In this document: positions 42,130 to 58,165 of the stretch, in pieces
Position numbering within the stretch: the stretch's first letter is position 1
Layout of the letters: each line of letters opens with the position of its first letter
From: the human T2T-CHM13v2.0 reference genome, Homo sapiens
Assembly (NCBI RefSeq): GCF_009914755.1
Contig: NC_060940.1
Reading direction: 5' to 3' (one strand)
DNA length: 64,000 nt
Notes under the pieces: generated by a model
Databases searched by the model: none
What the model was told of the DNA's origin: nothing
What the model saw: the letters and a program-made list of their open reading frames with translations, nothing else
Position numbers and translations under genes: made by a program

Positions 42130-42740
42130 AACAACGTGTGTCTGCCCTGGGCCAGGCACTCCGGGAGCATGTGGCGCTCTGGGCACCTGCTATGACATCA
42201 GGCATCCCCTGACCTCAGGGTGCTGGTGGGCGATGAGAGGTTGAGGAACCAGTGAAGAGGTCCAGCCGTGGTTGTGCAGTGCATTGAGTTCTGTGCTGAG
42301 GTCAGGGAAGGGTCTGCTGAGAGCCTATGGCAGGGTGAGAAACAGGCGTGCACAGGGAAGACTTCCTGGAGGAGGTGACATCTAAGCTGAGTCCTGAAGA
42401 CTGAAAAGGATTCAGCCAAGTCCGTGTAGGGGCCATGTGCTCCTGGCAGAGGAGCAAGTGTTAAGGCCTGGATGTTGGGGGGTAATGTGCTGGCGAACAG
42501 TCATTCTGCATGGAGCCAGAAGAGGGGACGGGCACGAGGGGTGGGCAGGACCAGCATTCCCGGCGGTGTTTGGAATCCCTGGGTGCACACTCGAATCAGT
42601 GTCAATCAATCTGAATTTAAAAATACCAATGACAGGGCCCTGCCCCCAGGCCTGTTAAATCAGGATCTCTGAGGGGTGGTCCCGGGCCATGGTATTTTAA
42701 AGCTTCTAGCAGATTCAAGTGCAAGGGTGAGAACTGCTGA
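42130..42740. mobile_element. L2 fragment and MER5A-like element (~42560-42740)
   Basis: cttcctggaggaggtgacatctaagctgag (L2); aatcaggatctctgaggggtgg...ggtattttaaagct...gagaactgctg (MER5). Confidence 0.65.
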
Positions 42741-43139
42741 CGGACGGCATCGTGGGCACAGCTGAGGAGTCTGGGATTTATCCTGGAAGGCCACGGGAAA
42801 AGGATGCTATTCCAGGTTTCAGCCTGTGTTTACTGAGTGCCCACTGTGTCCCAGGCACTGTTCTAGACACCAGGACCCAGCAGTGAGCAACCAGGCAGGG
42901 TCTTGGGGGCAGTGATGGTGGCCAGCAGAGTGGCCGGAGAGAGGGGTGGTGGGGGCCTGCCGTCTGCACAGTGACGAGTGTCCTGGCAGGGGCTCGAGGT
43001 GGGACTGAGGGACGGTGAGGAGGGAGGTGCGGGGGGTGGGCAGGGAGGGATGAGGGGTACGCTGTCCATTGTAGCAGCGGGCGGGGACCCGTCAGGTGGG
43101 AATAGGGACTGTGGGGCTGCCCTGGAGAAAGCATGGTGG

Positions 43140-43730
43140 TTTTTGTTGTTGTTTTAATTGTGATACAATTCACACACCGTGAAAGTCACCCTTTGAAAGT
43201 GTACAGTTCAGTGGGTTTCAGTGCAGTCACGAAGTTGTGCACCACCATGACTGTCCAGTTCCAGAACATTCCCATCACCCCCAAAGGACACCCTGTGCCC
43301 GTCAGGAGTCAATCCCCGTCGCCTCCTCCACCCACCCCTGGCACCCACTCGTCTGCCCTCTGTCTTTATGGATCTGCCCGTTCTGGTCGTCTCTTGTGAG
43401 TGGAATCATCTAATTCGTGCCTTTTTGTGACTGGCTTCTTTCACGCAGCACCATGTTTTCAGGGTTCATCCATGCTGTTGCGTGGATCAGAGCTTCATCC
43501 CGTTTTGTGGCTAAGAACGCCGTTGTATGGATGGACCACGTTCTGTGTCCCCAACATCAGACCGTGGACATCGGCTTGTTTCTGCTTTTTGGCTCCTCTG
43601 AATCATGCCACTGTGAACACGCATGGGCAAGTGTTCACAGATGTCTTCATTTCTCTTGAGTGTGCGCCTGGGAGTAAGGTTGCTGCGTCCTAGGGTCACT
43701 GGAGATTTAACCCTCTGAGGACTGTTTTCC
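43140..43730 (-). mobile_element. L1MB-like 3' end
   Basis: aaagtgtacagttcagtgg, tttgtgactggcttctttcac, ggttcatccatgctgt. Confidence 0.8.
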
Positions 43731-46700
43731 CGTTGGGGGTTTTCAGCAGGCAAATGACGTGATAGGGCTTAGGTTTGGAAAAGTCATATTGGTGACTCCT
43801 TGAAGCCCTGTTTCATCACTTCTGCCTGCAGTCCATCCTCTTACTCCTGGTCTTCAGGCAGTGGATTTGTGTTTGAAGATGGCGATCGTTTTTGTTCTCC
43901 CTGGGATGAGGGGAGCTGTACTAAGAATTGAGAAGGGGTTTGCATTGGCTCTGGGGGCTTTTGCCTTGCTCCAGCCACAACCCTGGGCATCAGAAGCCTT
44001 GGGTTATGGCCCCAACACTCACAGCAGCCTTGGGCAAGATGTTCTACCCTGGCTGGGTCTCAGTTTTCCCCTCTGGAAAATGGGGGCAGATGGTAGATGA
44101 TAGACTATTAGCTGAGCCCTCAGCTCCTGCACAGCTGACAGTCGCTAACCATCTCGTCTTTCTACATGTGTTGGCGGGGGGCTGTGGGGCAGGGAAGACC
44201 TGGGCGGTTGGGGTCTGGCCTGGCTCTGTGAGCCCATGGCTCTCAGGTTCCCTGCCTGGGGTCTGGTTGCCCTGACTGCTGTGTTTTAAGCTCTGCTGCC
44301 TGGCCTGTCTGGCGTGGAGCCCTTGATTAAATCGGTTGCTGGATTGGGCTTCCCGCGAGAGGTGCAGAACCTCATTGGAGTGGCACAAAGGCCGGGGTTG
44401 GTATTCTGCCCTGCCAAGCCAGGGCCCGGGGCAGGTGCCTCTGGCTGCAGCTCTTTCCACTTGGCGAGAGTGGGCTCGGGAGAGGAGGCAGCCCAGGGCC
44501 CAAAGGCGGCCCCTCAAAGGTCACCCACCGAGGCCACGCTATCCTGCCCATCATTAGTGTCATTTGTTGGCACAGAAAGGGTATTTAGGTTCCGGCCCTC
44601 CACTCCCAAGCCCTCGGGCTCTGATGAGAGCTGCAAGGGGACGCCAGTGTCAGTGGCAGCAGCAGAGGGCATTGATAGCATGCGCCTGGTGCCAGCCAGT
44701 GTCCGAAGAGTTTTGCCTGCATTGCCCCACGTGACTGTCTCACTGTCTTATAAGTGGGCTTATTTGTTTTTATAGACAAGGCAATGGAGGCACAGAGAGG
44801 TTAAGTCACTTGCCCAAAGTCACACAGTGGGGAAGTGCCGGCGCCGGGATCCGCACCCAGGCTGCCTGGCTCCAGCGTCTGCACTCTGCCATGCTCATCA
44901 CACCCATCCTGAATGGGAAGGCAGGCTGGGAGGGAGATGAAGGTAGATGGGGTCAGGAAGCCTCCCTGGAGAAGGGGTATCCGATGAGTTCTTAGGATTT
45001 AACGAAGTGGCGAATGTAGAAAAGCTTCCTCTTCTGGAATTTACGTACCAGTGATGTCACCTTAAAAGGTCCTGATTTTCTTCTTTAAATGTGTGCCAGG
45101 GTGCTGCCTGCCAATGTATTATACTGTGGGAACCATTTCAACGTTTTAAGTCATTTTCAGATTGTGTCGTATTTTACATATAGAAAGAACATGTGTTTCA
45201 TGATGTTGAACTTGGAAAGCTTAGAGCCGGTGAATGCCGGGCCATGTGTCTGGTGTCAGCCCCAGCTTCCGCAGCTGCCCACAGGGTCCGCTGGCCCCGG
45301 GATCCTTCTGGGTCTCATCTGGGCTCCACGCTGACACCGGCTAACTTGGTGACCTTGGGCAGGGTGCCAGTTCCTCCCCTCCCTAAAGCCTTCCCATTTC
45401 TCCTTGGACCACAGAGGGGGCGTGAATGGCCCCATGGGCGGATGGTATCATTCCCGCTTTTCAGATAAGGAGGCCAAGGCTCAGAAACTTAAGAGAGTTC
45501 GGGGTGGAGGTGCCAGCCGTCATTGGCAGGGCTGGGAGGTGTGGGAGAGTGGCCAGTCCAATGCCACTGCCTCAGCCTTTCCCCTGCCCTGGAGTTCAGG
45601 GGTGCTTCTGGGAGGCGATGCAGCCCTGGTGGGGGCCTGGCTTCCACACGGCCCTGCCCCTGATTGAGCACAGGAGGCCGCCGTGCTCTCTCGCATCAGC
45701 TTTCAGAAAGGCTCTCAGTTCCGGAGGGAGAGGGTCAGAGGGCTGACCGCTGCTGCGGCGTTTTATTCACCTTTCCAGACCCATCAACCTAGTCTCCCGC
45801 TTCGGGTGGGAAGGTTTGCAGGCTAGGAGGCTTGTGTGGGGGAGTGACAGTGATAAGGGTGGCAGCTGAAAAGTGGCGTGGGGCCTCCACACTTCCAGAC
45901 GCGACAGGACTGGCCATGGGGCTGGGACGGGTCCTGGGGTCCAGACCCAGCAGCAAAGGGAGGCCAGGAGGCACCTGGATGGCAGCTGAGGGTAGGTTGA
46001 GGCCTGGATGTCCCGAGAGCATGGCGGGGCCTTGCCACAGCTGCAGCGCCAGCTCTGTGAATCTGCAGTCCCTTTGAGCTGGCGCGTCCTCCAGGCGTGC
46101 CCTTGCCCTTTGAGACGGACCGTCTCACGGCTGTACACTGTTCTTTCTCTTGTGCAATTGTACCCAGGAGCCTCTGGACAAGGGAGCCCCGGAACGTCCA
46201 GAATGTGGCTTCGTGCTCTGCTTCCAGGCTGCGCGGCATCCCCAGCAAGGCTGTTCACACCAAGCATGGGGGACGCACGGTGGACAGCGAGGGCTCCTGG
46301 GAAGCCCTCCCCCACCCTCCCCGCCCCCCGCTGCCAGGAGTCCGGGTAGTCTGGGCTCCTGTGGGGGGAGGAGGTGCCATCGTGGGAACAATACCCACCA
46401 TCAGCCTCGTACAGAAGGCCAGAATGTACCTGGTGGACCCCAGGGCGTGCAGAATGGCCTCTGGGTTCAGCCCTGTTGTCCAAGAAACCAGGCAGGCTCC
46501 AGAGGATGGGAGGAGGCTCGGGCCTGGCCTTCAGGTGGCCTCACGTGTGAGCCCCATGGTGAAAGGCAGCACCCAGACAAGGTGTCACTCCCCTGGCGGC
46601 CTGGTCCCTGCAGGGGGGATCGCTGCTTCTCCCATGCCTCAACCTCTTTCTCTTCCGGAAACTGCGTTTTCTTCCTGATTCGTAAGTGTTTGGGGTCAGT

Positions 46701-47029
46701 GCAGGGTCTGGTTTTCTGAGCGCCCAGGGGTGTGACTGCTGGATGCCTCCTGCAAGAGCACTTCCCATTAACGGGAGAAACCTGGAGCACGCTGACTGCT
46801 CACCTGTCTCTTGGCAGGTGACAAGGTGAACCAGGCCTGTCTTTAGGGTTTAAGACCTGGTGCAGTGCAGGTCTTCAGGGAGGCAGGCCAAGCCAACAGG
46901 CGTGCTGGGAGCCGCCTGCGTGGGAGGGACAGTGGATTGTTGACGGCTGCATGAGATGGGAGTGAAGCCCCTCCTGCCCCAGCATCCACAGGGTGGGGTA
47001 GTTTTGCCCCCACCACTCCTCTGACCCAC

Positions 47030-47425
47030 ACACCCCAGCACACCCGCCTCCCTCTCGCACACACGCACCTTGCACCTCCTTCTCCTGCACCACGCTCGCA
47101 CACTTGTATGCGTACACGTTCACATGCAAACCCACCCACACACTTGTATGCATACTCACTGTTACACATGCGGTCACATGCATTCATACATGCATCACTC
47201 CCGTGCACACTCATACACTGTCTCACACCTGTGCCCACACACTCACATGCGTGCTTTTCCATGCACACCTGTACCCTCACCCCCTCACCGCCACATTCGC
47301 ACTCATACACCTGCACAGTCATTTGCATGTACACACACCCGCATGTCCTCACACACATGTGTATGCACACACTCCCACACACCCTCTCTCATTCATGCAC
47401 ACTCATGCACACACACTCACATTCT
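47030..47425. repeat. Degenerate (CA)n low-complexity tract
   Basis: cacac/catgca repeats. Confidence 0.85.
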
Positions 47426-48719
47426 TGCCTGGAGGTGAATCTGGCAGGGCCCGTGTGCCAGCCTAGCTCTCACCTGTGCCACTGTTTCCTCTTGGCCGTA
47501 GGGGTGTCCGTCTTAAGACACAACTTGGCACAGACTCTGGAGTCCAGCTGGGCTGCACCAGGAAGGAGGTGGGCACAGTGGCTGGGGAGGAAAGGTACAG
47601 GGTGGGGTTGGAGAGGCTGGTGTTCCACAGCCAGGGCACCCAGACTCCTCCCTGCTCTGCCCTCACCCCTGTGGTCCTCTGGGTTCTCATCTGTGACCCC
47701 AGAGGGTCCCTTCTGATTTGGTGATCTGGCCGTCCTCCATGCCCTGGGGCCATTTGGACTCAGATAGATGTTTGCACTTGTCCTTCTCTGTTGTGTGACA
47801 CTTGGTAAGTCGACTGGCCTGTCTTAGGCTTGGCTGTAAAGCTGGGACAGGAATGATGGCTCACCTACGTGGATGCCCCCCTTTACCTCAGAGGTGATTA
47901 TCCCCATTTTACAGATGTACAGGCTGAGGCTCAGAGAGGTGGAGACACGTGCCAAGGTCAGAGCTGGGGAGCAGCAGAGCTGACATGGGATCCCTGTGTG
48001 TCTGACCCAAAGTCTGGCTCTCAGATACCACCCTTTGCCTCCTTTCTAGAACTTTCTTCACAGAGATGTCATGAGGGTGAGACAAAGCTGTTGACGTGTT
48101 CTGCACAGACCAAGCTCCCAGTAAAAACTCGGTAATTGTTCATATTTGTTTCTGTGGCCTTACTTATCATTCCCCAGAGAGTCTTCAGTCTCCTCTTGAA
48201 TCCTTCCAGGGATGGCGAACTCACTCCCTCAGAAGCAAGGCGTCACCTGTGATGTGTCAGGAAGGAATGACAGGCTTCTGAGGATCCTCTGCAGCTCTGA
48301 GAATTCTGCCTGGGGAGTTCTGGGGAACAGGAAGAGTCTTGGGAAGGGCTTCTGGACCCCATTTGTGACTCAGGCCTGTCTTTTTGTTGTTTCTGGTTCT
48401 GGTTTATTACCTTGTCTCAGAACCAATGCCTGTGGCTCCCCAGTGACTCTGCTGGTGGCATCTTCTGATGTCTCTACTCCCCCTTCCCCTGCATGCCTGG
48501 CAAATTCTTGATCTTGTATTCCCTAGGGGAAAAGAGGGGAATCTGCAAAGTCATGTTTTCCCTCAGGATGTGGAGAGAGAAATTTCTAACCTCAGTGATG
48601 CCTGCTAAATTATACTTAAGAAGGGGGCCAGGCACTGGCATATTTGCTAAGCATTCCCCATATGCTTCCCTCTTTCCCCCATGAGAGCTCCTTTTCTCTA
48701 AAATACTGCATGGGAGGGA

Positions 48720-49350
48720 TTATTATCCCTACTTTAATAGAGGCAATTAAAGCTATGCATGTTCCTCTAAGCACTGCTTTAGCTGCACCCCACACTTTGT
48801 GATAAGTCATTTCTCATTCTCATCTCATTTGAAATATTTTTCAATTTCCCTTGTGTTTTTTTTCTTTGACCTATGGATTATTTAGAAGTATGTTGCTTAA
48901 TTTCCAAACATTGGACTATCTTAATATCTTATGGTTATTGATTTCTAATTTAATTCTGTGAACAGAGAAGGTACTCTGTATGGCTTTAATCCTTTTATAT
49001 TTAAGTGTACGCTCTTGAAGAAGGGACCACAAGCTCTTGAAGAGGATATGGAAACAGCAGTATTTGGTTCTCTACATATTAATTAACTTGAAGAGATTGG
49101 TGCTTGGTAGCAGTGTTCCAATTGTCTAGGTCATTAACTTTTTTTGTGTGTGTCTATCAGTTGCTAAGAAAAGAGTGCTGATTTCTACTACAGTTTGGAT
49201 TTGTCTTTTTGTCCCTTTAGTTTTGTCCAGTCTTTCATCGTGGATTTGGCACATTCGTGGTTGTTTTGTCTTTCGGATGAATCGGCGCTGTTTCCACTAT
49301 GATGCAGCTCCTCCATCTCTGGCAGCATCTTTGTCTTGGCACCTCTTTTA
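48720..49350 (-). mobile_element. Old L1 ORF2-region fragments
   Basis: AT-rich; ttcctctaagcactgctttagctgca, ttatttagaagtatgttg. Confidence 0.7.
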
Positions 49351-50345
49351 TCTGAATTATTCACATCTGGACACTGAGGTCTCTGAGGTTCGGAGAGGGA
49401 AAGTGACTTGCCCAAGGCCACACAGGTGTCAGCTCCAGGGGCAGAGTGCTCCCTTCTCAGCCCAGCTGCACACAGGTTTTCTCTACTCCAGCAGTCGCTT
49501 TGGGGCCATGGGTCTGAGAGATGCTCCTTCCCAGTGACTTTCTGGTTTCATGATTGCCAGGTGGCCAGAGCTGTGTCCCCGCCTGCCCTTGGCAGAGGAC
49601 CTCCCAGCAGCCCCAGAAGTCACCTCCATGCAGAGCGCAGCATCTGGCCTGCAGCCTGCAGAGAGCTGGGCTGAGCATGCTTGGAATACCCACTGGAAAC
49701 TTCTCACTAAGCTCTAGCTCTGGAGCTCCTGGCGCCATCTCCCTGTTTGGTGAGATGGTTCTGAGCATATTGGCCAGATCTTCCCAGGACTCACATGTCA
49801 TAAGAATTTCTCTGGATAGCAGGAGAAACGTCCCCCGTCTCTGGCTCCCCTGGTCTGTGTGGGCTTTTGGGAGCCCCAGCCAAATCCACTTCCTGGTGCT
49901 TCGCCCTCGCCAGGCTGTGGCCTGAAGTGCCTCAGGGGCTCCGTGCTGGCAGAAGGCCTCCTGCCCATGGTCTGAACCCTCCCTGGGGCATTCTGGGAAA
50001 CTCTGGAGGGCCCTGCGGGGGCTGGGAGGGCCGTTGTCTAGGAGATGTTTATGGGGGAAATTGACACAGTGAGGGGCATCTCTGCCGAGGGCGCGGAGGC
50101 CTGAGCAGGGTGATGGGTGGGTTCGGTCAGCAGTTTCACGGGCCCTACTGTGTGCCAGATGAGAGTAGATGGAAGCCAGTGTGAGAGACCACGATGGGCC
50201 GGGCAGCGACATCTGACCATAGTCACCACTGATACTGTTCTATGTCCCCCTAGGCTTGAGAAGATGCTGCCTTGGGAGACTGACCCTCCACCCATCGTGA
50301 GATTTTGTCCTGATTTCACATTTCACATACATTAACATGTAAAAC

Positions 50346-50967
<622 letters not shown>

Positions 50968-52688
50968 TCAGTGAAATACAGTAAGGATGATGATGATGGT
51001 GGTGGTGATAAAGAAATAGCAGCGATGGTTGCCATGTATCGATTACAAGACATTATCTCACTGACCCTGTAAACAGGACCCTCTGACGGGTGTACCAGGG
51101 AAGTTGACTTCCTCTTTCCCACCAGCCCCTCAGGGTGATTTGGTGGGGTCTGGACGAGGCCAGCCCTGCTGAGCATGTGCTGGGCCAGCACTGGGGTTGG
51201 TGCAGTGACGCAGCCACGCTTGGTGTCTCTGGGGAGTGGTCCTCCTTGAGGTGCCTCTTGTTTCTGTCGCCTCCAGGTCTGGAGCCGGCCAGTGGGAGCG
51301 ACTCAGCTGCCTGGCAGGCTCTGTGGTGTCCAGGTGCCTGGAGCTTGGGGCCTAGGAGGCATGATGGGATCCCTTGTGACTGTGGCTGCAGCAGCTCCAG
51401 GGCCTTAATCAGGCCAGTGGAATGCAGCGTCAGCAGCAGCAGAGCTGGCAGCCCCGCAGCTCGGGAGCCTTGGCTGGTGGAAGGGACAGAGCGACGCTGG
51501 GCAGTGCTGGGGGCAGCTTCAGGCTGCGCCAAGGCCCTGGGGAGCACCGGGGCCCCCGCTTCCTGGACTGAGAGCCCTGCTCTGGGGGAAGAGAGAGAAG
51601 GAATTAAAAACTTGCTTCTCAAGTTTTTCCCGTGACGAAGCCCATTCTTGCTCAGTGTCACCTGGCTCTCCAGCCATCCTTACAAAAGAAGCTGAGGCCA
51701 GCGCCGGTACTATCCCTTTCCTGTGACAGAGAAACCCAGGCTTCAGGAACAGTCGTGCTGGTCTGCTCTTGACCGGGAGATGGCGTGGTTTGGCTAAGGG
51801 TGTGCGGACATCAGGCCTCGCCCCCACCTGCTCCTACCTGGGTGGCCTCAGCAGGTCACTCCATTCTCTGGGCCTTGGGCTCCTCACCCACACACAGGGA
51901 CAGGCTTGGGACCGACCTCACAGGACTGTGGGACATGGAGCACGTGAAGCCATAGCCGAGGGCCCTTCCTGTGGTCCAGACTGGGGAAATGATCGCTGTG
52001 GTTATTTAGGGGCAGAGGAAAGGCAGGGGGAGGTAGCTGAGGCCCCACTCAAAGGCCGTGGGAATGAAGGGGCCTGTGCCCCTCACGCTCAGGATAACCC
52101 TTCCCTTCCCCCACCTGGACCACCCTGGCCTTGTAGCAGGACCCCTGCTCCCAGGCTCCTGGCACGTCTCCCATGGGCCTTGGTACCACCTGCAGGGTGC
52201 TGGGCCCTGTTCACAGTGGCTGCCAGGCCGTGGCCACTGTCATCCAAGGGGAGGCAGGTGTGGGATGGAAACCTGCGAGTGGCTGGAGGGTACCTGGGAT
52301 CCAGGCTCCCTCAACACCCCGTGGGCTCCCAGTGCTCATCTGAGAGACGGAGGGGCATTCAGACACGTGGTCCTTCACGGGGCTGCTGGGCACTGGGCAG
52401 CAGTCAGCGGGCACCTGCTACCTGACCGTCTGTCTGCGGGCCCTGTTCCCTCATCTGTATATGGGAATTACAGTAGAGTGTGTGTCACAGGCTGTAGTAC
52501 ATAGTATGTGCTCAATTAATGTTGGCTCTTATTACTTTTGCTATTTATTATTTCCTTTCTGTTCCTCCGTTCTCACTGTTCTGGAGAGCTGTCACCTAGA
52601 CCTCAAAAACACAGGGACCTAGACCCTTTTAGTCCAGGTGAATCAGGAGGGCTACTTTTTAGGTCAGGTTATGGGAAAGAGCTAGGGG

Positions 52689-52990
<302 letters not shown>

Positions 52991-53789
52991 ACACAGGAGT
53001 TTACAAAGATCCATCATCCTCATCACTACCTCTGTTCTTACATTCACCTTTCTTAACCCTCAAAATTTAATGCAAAATCTGGTGCATATGTGCATTTTCT
53101 GGAGAGAGGATCAGTGGCTTTTATCAGACTTGCTGTGGGGGACATGTGACTCCCAGAATGTAAACAACCATTGTTATAGACACATTTCCCTGCACACGCT
53201 CCAGTGCTGCCGGAAGCCTATTCCTCACCATTCCTTGAAGAGCCAAGCTTGTTCCCACCATTAAGTCTTGACACATGCTCTTTCTTTCACATTTCTGCCT
53301 ATTTTCCTGCTCCGGGGAGCCTTCTTTGCTGGCTCCTGCCAGCTGAAGTTTCTCTTCCCTCTCCTGGCTGACCTAGACACTTATCTGTATGTAGCATTTT
53401 TGACATTTGATAATAACCTAGCACTTTATTCTATTTGACTTCATGTTGTCTTCTGATTGACTCATATGTGTAAGCCCTGTTTCTCCAACTAGATAGAAAA
53501 AATAGCTAAAATTTGAATTTTTACCCATTGACCCTCTATTGTTTTTCTTTTGTGCATTGTACACAGTGATTCCTTGCCAGCTGTGGGAGTGGCATTCCTG
53601 AAAAGCACTGCACTTGGCAAAATCACAGCTGGCAAGATCAAAGTCTCAGTGAAAATGGGAGGTTAGGGAAAAACAATAAAAATGGCATTAAGTATATGTC
53701 TTTAAAAACCACAGTAAATAAAAGTTCTAAGAGACATCACTGCCAAAACAAACCAGATTTGTCCACATTTAAAAACCTGTTCCAGTTGG

Positions 53790-54110
53790 TAATCTTTTTC
53801 TGAATTACCTTCTTAAGTAGATGGGAAACTTGGCCAATGTCTTGATGTACTGACAATGAGAATTCTCCCATGAGGTTTATTTCTTCTTAAGTCAGTTTTG
53901 GTGATTTATTGTTTTCAAAGAGCTTATTCATTTTGTCTAGGTAGTCAAATTAGTTGATAAAACTTTGTTCTTAATATTTCTTTATTATCTTTCTAATGCC
54001 TGTAGGTTCTGTAATGATGTCCCCCCTTTCATTCCTGATATTGGTGCCTACTCTTTTCTTAACCAGTATAGGAATTTTATTAATCTCCCAAAAGGTTTAT
54101 ATTTTAGAGA
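53790..54110 (-). mobile_element. Old L1 fragment
   Basis: AT-rich; ctgtaatgatgtccccctttcattcctgatattgg. Confidence 0.6.
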
Positions 54111-55101
54111 TTTACCTCTTTAAAGTTTTTGAACCAGTTTTTTGGGGGGCTTAAGATGTATCATCTTTTGCACTTGTCACCTATCTTGTTCTGTTTTTGC
54201 AAATCTAGAAGAAATGTGTATGAAAACACCGGGACTGTTCCAAGTTATCTAGGTCTAAGGGCACACTTCCCAAGCCTGATCTTCTCTCTATGCATTGAGC
54301 CAGTGGAGGCTAAAGCAATTTCTCTCTATCACCTGCCCCTGTGATGGACATTGGTGAAGTCCAGATGGTGTGTCCTTTGGCTTGAGTGGATTTTATGAAA
54401 ACTTGGATAAGTAAGAAAGATACTAAACTGAAATATTTTTTAATGCAGAAAAGAGAACTACTTTATCTCAGAATCACAGATCATAAAGAATTGCTGGCTC
54501 TCTCATATATTAGTGGCTGTGTTATTTGGAGCATATGCATTTAATAATATTGTGTTTCATTTCTTATACAAAGTATCCACCATTTAAAGTATTTGTGACC
54601 TTCTGTGCTTTTGCTACAAAGTATGGTTTATCCATAACCTTGATTGAAATTCCAGTTTCACTTGTCTTTGTATTTTTAACAAATATGAGTGTCTGTTGAG
54701 AATCACAAAACTGGGTGAAGTTGAGTCTAACACTCTTCACTTTAACAGGACTCCAAGGCCCAGGAAGGGAAAGGGACTTGCCCACCAATACGGAGGACTT
54801 GCCTCCAACTTAGCCTGTCAGAGGCTGAGGCAGAATGCCAGTGCCCTGGGAATTTCTGCTTCATCAGCCAAGACTGTCCCTCTGGCAATAGATATCCTGG
54901 TATTTTTACATTAGCAATTTGAGGGGCCATGGGAGGTCAGCCCCAGCTGCCAAGCCTGTGTGGGATTCCTGGCCCAGGGCACAAAGGGCGGACTCACCAG
55001 GGTGGGGCTGATGGTGAGCAGCATCCTGCAGACCCACTGCTCTTTCATCTCCAGGGTGGCCTAGGGTCCTGTCAGAGCCACTGACAGCTGCTTCTGTGTC
55101 A

Positions 55102-55555
<454 letters not shown>

Positions 55556-57494
55556 CTAATCTTAGAAATTCACCCCTGAAAGAAACCCCATTCTGCCTGG
55601 CCACATTAGCTTTCATTTTTATGATTATTCCATGCTTGCTGTAGGAATTTTGGAAAGTTCAGAGAGGAATGAAGGAGCAGTGCTCCCTGAGCAGCTCAGA
55701 GGCAGAGACAGCTGATCTTTCCTGTTTCCCCCTCGGCATGTTCAGTACGTACTTTCTATCAAGTTGAGATGGAACTCTACGTGCCGCTGTGCCTCTTCTG
55801 CTCACTTCACGCCCCGGCATGAACATCCCCCGGTGTTGCTACAAACATAGTCCTCGTGCCTGTGATGGGCTCCGAGTAGAGGCCGGAACTTATCCCTCAC
55901 CTCGAGAGTAAACGCCCCGGGTGAGAAGGGCCGCTTGTGCTGATGCAACACGTATGGGAGGTGATACTTGCAAGGCTTCTGGCTAGAAGATTTCCCTGAC
56001 ACCATGACGGATAGACTTGGGTGGTGGGACGGTCTGGGGGCCTGAAGGACTTAGGCCATTAGCAGGGTCTCCAGGGTGGGCAGGCATGGGTGGGCGTGTG
56101 CAGAGGGGCAGGGCACCAAGGAGGACAAGGGCAGCAGTTTTGAATCTTTCCGAAGTCTAAGCTATTCATGTTGAAAATGTAGACAGCAGAGATGTGAAGG
56201 AGGTAATGAAAATGACCTAAGTTCCGCCATCCAGAGCTTCCAGCCCTTTTTTGCTCATGCACATTCTGGTGCACTCAGACACGTGCAGGGTGCACACATA
56301 GGCAGTACTGTGGGTGGGACCATGCTGTACATTGTATGTTTTGGTCTTTTTCACCCAGGACATCATGAATGTCTTTTAGAGGGGTTAGGATTATTCCACT
56401 GTAGAGCAAGATGCTGGGGTTCCAATCGGGGCTCTACCCCTTGCTAGCTGTGCGTTCTTGGGTCTGTTACTTAACCTTTCTGTGCTATAATTTCCCCATC
56501 TGTAAAGGTTAATAGCCATATGTCTATTGGAAGGTTGTTTCAAAGGTTAAGCAAGTTAGGACGTGTTAGAGCAATGTGCCAAGCATTGTTATATGGCCTC
56601 ACGTGGCTCAGCATTCTTCTAGAACAGGAGTTTCATTGGGTGCATATGGCCGCCCGTTGCTGGGCGCCCAGGTTGTTTCCAGCTTCACAGGTGTGAGTGG
56701 CTCTGCAGGAGCCTTTGTGGACCTCATCTGTGCTTCTGCTGCCTCCATCCTGGGCCTGTCCCCCTCACCCTTTTGTTCTTATTGAGTGACCTTGCAGGTT
56801 CCGGAGCCTAAGCTCGTCGGGCACTGGGGAGCCTGGAGGCCTCCTGGCCTCCTCGCCAGCTTCAGCAAGTGGCAGAGGGCGTGAGATCAGGAGGGGGATA
56901 TTCTCTTTGGCAGCCTCTGGGTGGCTTCCCTGGGCCAGCTGTTGGAAGGGACTAAGGCAGAAGGAGAGAAGGCGATGGGGTCGAGGCAGCATCTGGGCCT
57001 CACCTGGAAGCTGCCTCGCCCTTTTGGGAAGAAGGGGGGATTTGTGTAAATGCCCTCGCAAACAAGAGTGACCCCTGTTCTTGGTTCTGCTGGCTGTGTG
57101 CCTGCGCCCAACCTGGCGTCTGGCCGACTAGGGCAGGAGGGCTGTTGGAGGGGGCTGGGAGCCTGCTAGGAGGCTCTTCCCCCGGCATCTGGCACATCTT
57201 GGTAAGGCCTCTAATGCTTGGGAGACCATTGGGAGCCCTCTGGTTACAGTGTACCCAGCCATCGGACTTCAAAACGGGTTTCCTTTTCTGGACTATTAAG
57301 ACGTCATCAAAAGAATAAGAAAAAAGGTTGAACACCGAGTCCACATTCCCTCTATTTCTCCATTCATTCAGTTCTTCGGTGTCTGTTTATTGAACACTCG
57401 TGACGTGGATAGGCATTGGAAAGGAATGATAAACACACCATCCTGTTGAATAGCTGCCACATCTGCATGAGTATTCCTGCTACGTTTCTAAATT

Positions 57495-58165
<671 letters not shown>

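Noticed and set aside
46790-46830. Acceptor-like site (ctgac...cctgtctcttggcag|gtg) as possible exon 2
   Set aside because: The phase-0 frame hits TAA after about a dozen codons and shows no coding signal; not supportable without RNA data.
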